Positions 17,077 through 23,775 of a DNA stretch of 23,775 nucleotides are shown one piece after another. The DNA comes from an uncultured Candidatus Poseidoniales archaeon (GTDB taxonomy: Archaea > Thermoplasmatota > Poseidoniia > Poseidoniales > Thalassarchaeaceae): the NCBI GenBank assembly GCA_964645485.1, contig CAZXZO010000018.1, positions 17,723-41,497 of the forward strand. The letters run 5' to 3'. Numbering within the stretch: the stretch's first letter is position 1; the number at the start of each line of letters is the position of its first letter. The position numbers and the translations under genes are program-made. The notes beneath the pieces are model-generated. The model saw only the letters and a list, made by a program, of their open reading frames with translations, ran no database searches and was not told the DNA's origin.

Positions 17077-17316
17077 GTGGGTAACATCATTGAAAATGCA
17101 GGGTCTCTTCGAGTTCATGTGGCACGTATACCAGACACACTATTTGTTGTCGATGAAACTCGTTGTTTCGGTTGTGCTGCTTGTATTGCTTTGTGCCCAG
17201 TGGATGCATTAATTTTGGATGAACTTCTTGTGATCGTTGATGAACCTACATGTACTCATTGCGAACTCTGTATCCCTTCTTGTCCTGTCTTTGCATTATC
17301 TCTAGAAAAGGAATAG
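17077..17316 (+). CDS. 2x[4Fe-4S] dicluster ferredoxin
   Basis: CFGCAACIALCP and CTHCELCIPSCP; start uncertain. Confidence 0.92.
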   Translation: MGNIIENAGSLRVHVARIPDTLFVVDETRCFGCAACIALCPVDALILDELLVIVDEPTCTHCELCIPSCPVFALSLEKE

Positions 17317-17326
17317 TTGTGGTTGT

Positions 17327-17962
17327 ATGAGGGTAGCAATTATTGGAGCCAATCTCACAGGGTTAGCTCTTGCTCATTTATTACACAAAGAGAATTACGA
17401 TGATTTTTCAATTTATATTTTAGATGAAAGAGCGGAAATCGGTTTTCCTTGTTTAGGCTCAGGGCTTCTTGTAAATTCTAATAAATGGCTTGATATTTTG
17501 AATATCTGGCTAATTTCTCCAACATATACATCCAAATTTAATCAAAATATTGGATTATCTTTTAGACGAGACTGGTTAGAAAAAGACCTCGCTTTATCCT
17601 TAGTTAGTAAGGGTATTAAAATCGATGTTCGAACAACGGTTGTTAGTCAATCTGAAACAACCTTATCTTTGGTAGGAGTTGGTGGAAAATCTACGACCTG
17701 GGAAGGAGATTTAGTAATTGATTGCACAAGAGAATCAACATCCATTCCTATTGGGGCGATTTCGCAATCACCTCAATCTAAAGGATGGCAAAGAAGTGAT
17801 GGTACTTGGGAAGGGTGGTATGCACAATTACCCACAGAATTTACCATTTTACAAATACTCAACGCCAACTCATCATCTACTGAAGAAAACACCATTGATT
17901 TTTCATTAGAATTAGCAAAAAACAAATTTGAAAAAATTTCCAACGCTTATCTCAATAGGTAA
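17327..17962 (+). CDS. Short, divergent FAD-dependent oxidoreductase resembling the N-terminal part of geranylgeranyl reductase
   Basis: MRVAIIGANLTG (degenerate GxGxxG), DERAEIGFP, RRDWLEKDLA...GIKIDVRTTV echo GGR segments; only 211 aa. Confidence 0.6.
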   Translation: MRVAIIGANLTGLALAHLLHKENYDDFSIYILDERAEIGFPCLGSGLLVNSNKWLDILNIWLISPTYTSKFNQNIGLSFRRDWLEKDLALSLVSKGIKIDVRTTVVSQSETTLSLVGVGGKSTTWEGDLVIDCTRESTSIPIGAISQSPQSKGWQRSDGTWEGWYAQLPTEFTILQILNANSSSTEENTIDFSLELAKNKFEKISNAYLNR

Positions 17963-17995
17963 TGCAAAAGGACAAGCCACTCCTCGGGTGGTTCA

Positions 17996-18808
17996 ATGTG
18001 GTCTTCTTCTGAGTCAAGTCTGTTAGATTATGTTTCTAATAATGAGACTGCTAGACACATCATTTTGATTGATCCTGATTCCCAAACTAGTGATGAGGCT
18101 GCTAAAAGATGTGTTGCTGCAGTTATTGCTGGAAGTAGAATGATCTTTGTTGGAGGTTCAACTGGAACAGATAGTAATAATGTTCATGAAACAGTGAAGG
18201 CGATTCAAGAAACTCTGGAATTATGTTCATGGAATGCATCACAAGATTCGACAGCCTATTCCAAAATGTGGGAAGTCCCAGTCATTTTATTTCCAGCAGC
18301 AGCAAATGCATTTTCTCCATCAGCAGATGGAATCACTTTCATGATGTTGATGAATAGTAGGACACCAAAATTTCTAATTAAAGAGCAATTAAAAGGTGCC
18401 ACACCGATTAAACAAGCAAATGTAATTCCAATATCAATGGGTTATGTTGTTTGCTCTCCTGGTGGCAAAGTAGGAGAAGTCGGTCAAGCAAATTTGATTG
18501 CAGAGGATGATATTGAACTTATCACAAGTTATGCTATATGTGCTGAATCATATGGATTTTCTACAATTTATTTAGAAGCAGGAAGTGGCTCGAAACAACC
18601 AGTTTCTGCAGAATTAATTCGAGCAGTCCGCCAATCTTGTAATCTAACGATTCTAGTTGGTGGCGGAATAAAAGATGGAAAAACAGCGAGAATAGCCGTT
18701 GAAGCAGGAGCTGACTGGATAGTAACTGGAAATTTAACAGAGGAGTTTTCAAATTCTCACGAACTTCAAACGACCCTTCAAACTTTCATTTCAGAAATGA
18801 CCTTGTGA
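17996..18808 (+). CDS. Geranylgeranylglyceryl phosphate synthase (GGGPS, PcrB-like TIM barrel)
   Basis: HIILIDPD, IFVGGSTG, PVILFP, YLEAGSG, VGGGIK, IVTGN. Confidence 0.93.
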   Translation: MWSSSESSLLDYVSNNETARHIILIDPDSQTSDEAAKRCVAAVIAGSRMIFVGGSTGTDSNNVHETVKAIQETLELCSWNASQDSTAYSKMWEVPVILFPAAANAFSPSADGITFMMLMNSRTPKFLIKEQLKGATPIKQANVIPISMGYVVCSPGGKVGEVGQANLIAEDDIELITSYAICAESYGFSTIYLEAGSGSKQPVSAELIRAVRQSCNLTILVGGGIKDGKTARIAVEAGADWIVTGNLTEEFSNSHELQTTLQTFISEMTL

Positions 18809-18821
18809 ACTAAATTATTCA

Positions 18822-19985
18822 TCAATCAAGTTCATCAATATCTTTCAAAGCCGGAGCGGCAGAACCACCCGGCGCACTTCCAACACCAGGTTCTAGAATT
18901 GTATCATCCTCTTCTTTCCCCAAAACATCTCGTCTTGCTTTGGTTTGTTCATGTGCTCTCAAAACACCCAGAGAATCTTGGAATGCCCCACTAACGACTC
19001 CCCTTGTTCTTTCTGATTTACGTAAGCCATCAACCTCAGCAGCCATTCTTTCATGTACTTCTTCTAAACTCTTTAACTCAGCAGTTCGGTCTGATAAACC
19101 ACCTTCAATATCACTGATGGTTAGCTGCATTTGTTGGATTCTTTCGTCTCTTTCAAATACGTCTCTATGTAATCTTCTCTCTCTTCTTCGTAGAGCCTCA
19201 TATTCTCTATTTCTCTCAAGTAATCTACGTTTTAATTCTTCAATTTGTTCGACAAGGTAATCATGTTCTGCGGAAATAGAACGTGGCCCGTCCATCATTC
19301 TCTGCATTTGCCCATCTAACTCTTTGAGGCGAAGATCCCTTTGTTCAAGCAAAGATTTTGTTTGAGTTACCATTTCTCGAAGTTTGTCTCTTTCTTCTGA
19401 AACAGTATTATTTTCAATCTGTTCTGCTTCTATTTTCCGATGAGCATCTTCCAGTTCACGGTTCAAATTTCGGACTTCATCAGCAGTGATTGAAGTTAAA
19501 CCCGCTTCCGCTGCTTTCTCCAATGCCTCTACCAATTGGTCTAACTTTCCTTCTAATTCACCTATGATGTTTGCTTGTGATTCAACTTTTTCTGAAAGTT
19601 GACCCTCATTACGTTCTAATTCATCTATTCTAATTGCTCCGACAGAGTTAGAAATCGCTTCTTTTTCTCTTTTTATGTCATCAAGCATTCTTTCAAGATG
19701 GATAATTCTTGCTTCCCGTTCCCGTAAATCCTCATCTAATTTCATCAATCGTGCCCTATCGGGCGCGCCCAATTCCTCGCGTTCTGATAAATCGAGTTCC
19801 ATAACCCGGTTTCTTTGATTTGAACTTGCTAATTCTTTGTTTGCCGAAGCCAACTCTTCCCAGGCAGTAATTACTTCATCAACAAGTTGTTCTTGTCCAT
19901 ATCCTGACAACATACCTGCCAGTGCAGCGCGGTCCACATCATCTCTAGAAGTGGCTTTTCCATTAGTGGTCTCAGCTCGCCCCAT
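18822..19985 (-). CDS. Long coiled-coil protein with short head and acidic, Gly/Pro-rich tail
   Basis: E/R/L/K-rich heptad-like sequence over ~280 aa; no Walker motif or TM segment visible; start ATG 19985 or TTG 19991. Confidence 0.85.
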   Translation of the reverse strand: MGRAETTNGKATSRDDVDRAALAGMLSGYGQEQLVDEVITAWEELASANKELASSNQRNRVMELDLSEREELGAPDRARLMKLDEDLREREARIIHLERMLDDIKREKEAISNSVGAIRIDELERNEGQLSEKVESQANIIGELEGKLDQLVEALEKAAEAGLTSITADEVRNLNRELEDAHRKIEAEQIENNTVSEERDKLREMVTQTKSLLEQRDLRLKELDGQMQRMMDGPRSISAEHDYLVEQIEELKRRLLERNREYEALRRRERRLHRDVFERDERIQQMQLTISDIEGGLSDRTAELKSLEEVHERMAAEVDGLRKSERTRGVVSGAFQDSLGVLRAHEQTKARRDVLGKEEDDTILEPGVGSAPGGSAAPALKDIDELD

Positions 19986-20015
19986 GCTCAATCAAACACC
20001 CTATCGCAAGAGGAC

Positions 20016-20066
20016 CATTCTTGAACCTTCACCTTGTCACTAGTCAAAGCAAGTCATTCTTGAACC
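20016..20066 (-). repeat. 12-bp direct repeat CATTCTTGAACC (20016-20027, 20055-20066); possible tandem promoter or operator
   Basis: Both copies read directly in the 100-bp gap between the actin stop and the coiled-coil start. Confidence 0.6.
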
Positions 20067-20090
20067 CTTTTCTGGGCCACCAAATCACCC

Positions 20091-21095
20091 TCAACTAATT
20101 GCAGTGTACTGGTCATCAGGCATTACCATTGACAGTTTTAATGCCCCATCTGCAACTCTTGCCATTGGATCATCAGCACACCAAACACGAACATCACCAA
20201 TATCTGCTAGTTCATCAGCCACACGGTCTGCCAAACCATCGATTAAGGAGCCGCCACCTGAAAGAATTATGTTATTTCGTAGCAATGATTGATACTCTGG
20301 GTCAGCATCAGAAACAATTCCTTTTATTGTCCTTACGAGATGAGGAACTAACTCCTCACAAGCGATTTGAATCAAGTCGCCGACATCAACAACTTGCTTC
20401 TTTCCATCTACTGAAAGTTCGACCATCTGTTCTTTTTCATCTCCACCAACATATGAACCCGCTTCTTTCCATTGACGGACCATGTCTTTTGTTAGTTGAG
20501 CACCTGTGAATTTCTTTGCAACTAATTCCATTAATCGCTCATCAATCCAATCTCCAGCTTCGCTGATTGTAACTTGGTCATCTTCACTAGGGAATGTACC
20601 GTAGATTCGAGCAACATCGGTTGTACCTGCACCAATATCAACAACAATACTACCACCAATTTCATCAAGACCAAATGCGACTGCAAATGGTTCGCTAACA
20701 ACCATAATTGCATTTACCTGGCCTCTTAGAACGCTGACCAAATTACTCTTGTCAACGAATGAAATGTGAGATGGTGAGCATATTACACCGAAAACCTCGT
20801 CGTATTCTTCAGGGTCAACCGCTTCAACCAAGTGTGTCACAAACGATTTTGCTGCTGCCAAATTATTTTCATCATCTTGGGCAACTCCTGCTGAAAGTGG
20901 ATAATATAGATTACATGCTAATTTATTTTTCAGCGCATCTCCGCCAAACAAGGTATCTCTTTTCAAGAAATTACGAGCGATAGGATCCTTAGGTTTTCCA
21001 ACCACTGTTAATACACTTTCATTCGTTCCATTCGACGCAGCAATTGTCGATTGAAATGTTCCTAAATCTATTCCGATGTACAGTCTTTCACTCAT
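20091..21095 (-). CDS. Actin-fold ATPase of the MamK/salactin type
   Basis: Phosphate-1 GIDLGT, connect-1 VSEPFAVA, phosphate-2 VDIGAGTTD, adenosine LSGGGSLIDGL; SD AGGTGA (21101-21106) supports ATG 21095. Confidence 0.92.
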   Translation of the reverse strand: MSERLYIGIDLGTFQSTIAASNGTNESVLTVVGKPKDPIARNFLKRDTLFGGDALKNKLACNLYYPLSAGVAQDDENNLAAAKSFVTHLVEAVDPEEYDEVFGVICSPSHISFVDKSNLVSVLRGQVNAIMVVSEPFAVAFGLDEIGGSIVVDIGAGTTDVARIYGTFPSEDDQVTISEAGDWIDERLMELVAKKFTGAQLTKDMVRQWKEAGSYVGGDEKEQMVELSVDGKKQVVDVGDLIQIACEELVPHLVRTIKGIVSDADPEYQSLLRNNIILSGGGSLIDGLADRVADELADIGDVRVWCADDPMARVADGALKLSMVMPDDQYTAIS

Positions 21096-23547
21096 AGTCG
21101 TCACCTACACGCGGTGCTACCGCTATCGGCAGGGAGTCGCTATCATGGTTTGAAGGTTCACCTTCGGTAATAATTTCATCAACCACTATTTGAGAAGAAA
21201 TTTTATGCCTCTCAACTAGGATTAATCCAGCTGAAATTAATATTATTATAGCCATCATAATGAACCAATATTTACCTAGAGAATCGTCACCCTGCTCCCC
21301 ATTTCCATTCTCATTTAGGGATACTACTAACCACGGGGTGCTTGTTTCAACAGAACTTCTCTCAACACCCTTCACCGCTAATGCAAATCCAATTCTATCA
21401 CCATTCAACCCAACTCCACCTTTCTCAGGCCCGATGTTTATTTGATGAGCGAGAATTTGAACTTCAACAAATCCAATTCCATCAAGATTTGCCGACGGAA
21501 TATGGACGCCTTCGATAGTCTCAATATTTTCTTTCACCCCTTCTCCAGTCATATCATTGCCTAAGAAGATTTGACCATCAGGTAAAGTTACGACGAGATC
21601 TAAATCATCGCGTGAATCAATATTAGGGGCAGAGTTCCAAACAAGCCTAACATCGAAATCAACACCAGGAACAATTGGCATTTTCCAAACCACACTTTCT
21701 GATGATGACAAGAATGGCCCAGCAGCCCCTGCTCCTCCCCAATTATGATTAGAGACTGAATCAAGCGGGTTTTCATCAACCCAATCATCAATCATACTTT
21801 TCCAGTTGTTGTCAATCAATTGGAATGAATCATGTATCCAAATATTTGCTGATGGGTCAACTGTAGAATTATTCATTTGGTTATTGATATAAGCAAAATC
21901 AACTAGGTTGGATAGATTTGGCCGCCCCCATCCTTGTTGGTTATCTGGTGCTACCCCAAGGGTCAACTCTGCTTGCCGCCCTCCTTCAAGTGAGTTAGCA
22001 CTCAATACCATCAACGCCCTGATAAGTGGGCCTGACGGAGTAAACCCTTGAGCCAAAGAGAGATTTCCTTCACTCAAATTTCCTTCAACCGATTCTGCCC
22101 AATCAGGCCTTAATGAATTCGAAGAAACAATATTTTTGCTTTCATTTCCTCCAACCCAACCATCTTCCACCATTTGTTGTATAACAGCAGCGAATGCTGC
22201 TGCTTGTGGAGTCGCCATCGAAGTTCCCGTCGAACTCTTCCAGCCATCATTATTAGAATCATGAACACCATCTCCTTTAGCCGAAATCACTGTTTCGCCA
22301 GGGACAACAATAGTGACTCCCAATCTCCCTTGAGCAGTTTCTTGTCTTGGAGAGAGAGTCCACAAATCATCAGTCCCATCTTTAGCGGCGGCACCAACAG
22401 AAACAACATTCAATCCATTTGCAGGTTCCAAAACCTCATCTCCCGTGTTTCCCGGAGCAACAAAAGAAACCGACCAAGGTACTGAAAATAACCAAGTATC
22501 AAATTTACTTGTCCGAAGCGTGTATTCTGTACTATCATCCCCCCAAGAATCTGAGCGTATTACACTACCATGTGAACTAGCTTCCCAAAATAATTCACCA
22601 ATATCGGGTATTTGCCAACCATCATCATCTACAACATCTTCAATCACCAGACGAGCCCCATGGGCAATTGAAGTTCCTTCTCCAGGAGTTGCGTTTGTCC
22701 AATCACCATTTCTTTCTGAGGAAACTTCCCAAATTGAACGACAAGCCAAACTCCCCGCTATGTGAGTTCCATGTTGATAATTTTGATTATTTGGTGAATC
22801 CCAATCATCTATTGTTCCATTGAAATAAACAATTTTTCTATGATTTATCCCCGGTGTGCCTGTTGCATTATTCCATTCACTTCCTGAAGCCCCTGGTTCA
22901 GTAGCCTCACGGAAGCAAGCATGGTCGCGGTCAATTCCTGAATCCGCGTTAGTAATTATTACTCCAGTTCCATCCAATCCAAACAACCAAGCGGGTTGCC
23001 CAGTAACATTTCCGTGTTGCATTATTGCTGCCGCAACATCATTTCTTCCCACTGTTTCTAGCACCGGTTCAACCCAATGTATGCCGTGTATAATTTCAAC
23101 AAATTGCCACCAATTTTCAAAATCATTACTTGGTGTGATTTGAATTATTTCCGAGAGAGGTGATCCCTGCATCGGTGAGAAAATTGTAATTGGATTCAAA
23201 CCAATCATATTCAAGACAGTTTTAATTTCCTCCTTTTCATTCACTTCTAATCTTGGTTCAAGAATAACGATGTAATTTTGATATTCATCATTCAAACCCC
23301 TATATTCAGCAATTTTTTGGGGTATTTCATCTTTATCAATAGGTCCCCAGACTAGCATTTCATTAGCACTTAATTGACGTAAAGGAATAAATCCCTCTTC
23401 CACTAAATCGTGCCAATTATCTACATCCAATGGGGTATCAGACTGAAATATTACTTCGCCAAATTCTTGTTGTTCAGTATGTGGCATTGGTGGAAGTGGG
23501 AATATGAAAAACACTGCAAGAAAAACAACACTAGCCCCCCTCGCCAT
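21088..23547 (-). CDS. Secreted, C-terminally membrane-anchored S8 subtilisin-like protease (Kp43-like)
   Basis: N-terminal hydrophobic signal; triad ADSGID / HGTHIAGS / GTSMATP, oxyanion APGN; LVWN...DDLDLVV C-terminal domain; TM helix YWFIMMAIIILISAGLILV; SD GGAGGTGA at 23555-23562. Confidence 0.93.
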   Translation of the reverse strand: MARGASVVFLAVFFIFPLPPMPHTEQQEFGEVIFQSDTPLDVDNWHDLVEEGFIPLRQLSANEMLVWGPIDKDEIPQKIAEYRGLNDEYQNYIVILEPRLEVNEKEEIKTVLNMIGLNPITIFSPMQGSPLSEIIQITPSNDFENWWQFVEIIHGIHWVEPVLETVGRNDVAAAIMQHGNVTGQPAWLFGLDGTGVIITNADSGIDRDHACFREATEPGASGSEWNNATGTPGINHRKIVYFNGTIDDWDSPNNQNYQHGTHIAGSLACRSIWEVSSERNGDWTNATPGEGTSIAHGARLVIEDVVDDDGWQIPDIGELFWEASSHGSVIRSDSWGDDSTEYTLRTSKFDTWLFSVPWSVSFVAPGNTGDEVLEPANGLNVVSVGAAAKDGTDDLWTLSPRQETAQGRLGVTIVVPGETVISAKGDGVHDSNNDGWKSSTGTSMATPQAAAFAAVIQQMVEDGWVGGNESKNIVSSNSLRPDWAESVEGNLSEGNLSLAQGFTPSGPLIRALMVLSANSLEGGRQAELTLGVAPDNQQGWGRPNLSNLVDFAYINNQMNNSTVDPSANIWIHDSFQLIDNNWKSMIDDWVDENPLDSVSNHNWGGAGAAGPFLSSSESVVWKMPIVPGVDFDVRLVWNSAPNIDSRDDLDLVVTLPDGQIFLGNDMTGEGVKENIETIEGVHIPSANLDGIGFVEVQILAHQINIGPEKGGVGLNGDRIGFALAVKGVERSSVETSTPWLVVSLNENGNGEQGDDSLGKYWFIMMAIIILISAGLILVERHKISSQIVVDEIITEGEPSNHDSDSLPIAVAPRVGDDYE

Positions 23548-23569
23548 GATTTTGTCACCTCCCGTCGCG

Positions 23570-23576
23570 TTTAAGA
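23570..23576 (+). promoter_or_regulatory. TATA-like box for the ribosomal protein LX gene (probably leaderless)
   Basis: TTTAAGA lies 24-30 nt upstream of ATG 23600, with no clear SD in between. Confidence 0.45.
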
Positions 23577-23599
23577 CGACAACCCAAGTCGGCGGCTCA

Positions 23600-23775
23600 A
23601 TGAAGGCTTATCGAGTAGTGGGTAAATTCCCCAATGGAAAAGTAATCCAACAATTTTCACAAGACGTGGTGGCTAATGATGAAGATGAAGCAAGGCATCG
23701 AGTTGAATCATCATTTGGGAGCAGGCACAGAGTCAGCCGCCGAGCAATCAAAATTGCAAGTATCGAACAGATTGA
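23600..23775 (+). CDS. rpl18a: 50S ribosomal protein L18Ae/LX, truncated by the window end (not in the ORF track)
   Basis: My translation: MKAYRVVGKFPNGKVIQQFSQDVVANDEDEARHRVESSFGSRHRVSRRAIKIASIEQI, matching the LX pattern (A..E.EA...V.S..GS.H.V.R..I.I). Confidence 0.9.
   Translation, partial: MKAYRVVGKFPNGKVIQQFSQDVVANDEDEARHRVESSFGSRHRVSRRAIKIASIEQI

Noticed and set aside
18822-19985. SMC/Rad50 assignment for the coiled-coil protein
   Set aside because: No Walker A/B, signature motif, hinge or zinc hook is visible.
18822-23547. Magnetosome gene island
   Set aside because: No mamA/B/E/M/O/P/Q-like genes, the protease is S8 rather than HtrA-type, and the flanks are housekeeping genes.

Overview
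Core chromosomal window from an archaeon. The gene set (GGGP synthase, ribosomal protein L18Ae/LX, beta-CASP RNase, bacterial-type UvrA, an AGC-lipobox M28 peptidase and a Kp43-like subtilase) suggests Marine Group II Euryarchaeota (Ca. Poseidoniales); this is inference. Gene order: tRNA-Leu(GAG) with its 3' end duplicated 157 bp downstream (att-like scar); pyruvoyl decarboxylase (SpeD-like), bacterial-type deoxyhypusine-synthase-like enzyme and DDAH-like amidinohydrolase; M28 peptidase; M50 protease; orphan Cys-rich protein; purQ and a PurS-PurS-PurL fusion; uvrA; moeA divergent from a TauE/SafE transporter; small basic Zn-ribbon protein; beta-CASP RNase; ferredoxin, truncated GGR-like protein and GGGPS; then, on the minus strand, a membrane-anchored subtilase whose stop overlaps the start of a MamK/salactin-like actin, followed by a 387-aa all-coiled-coil protein; rpl18a/LX is cut by the window edge. 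Best candidate for an undescribed system: the subtilase/MamK-like actin/coiled-coil locus (18822-23547), a possible archaeal cytoskeleton. Second: the three-gene polyamine cluster with no spermidine synthase in the window. Family calls rest on motifs seen in the translations and on remembered reference sequences; no searches were run.
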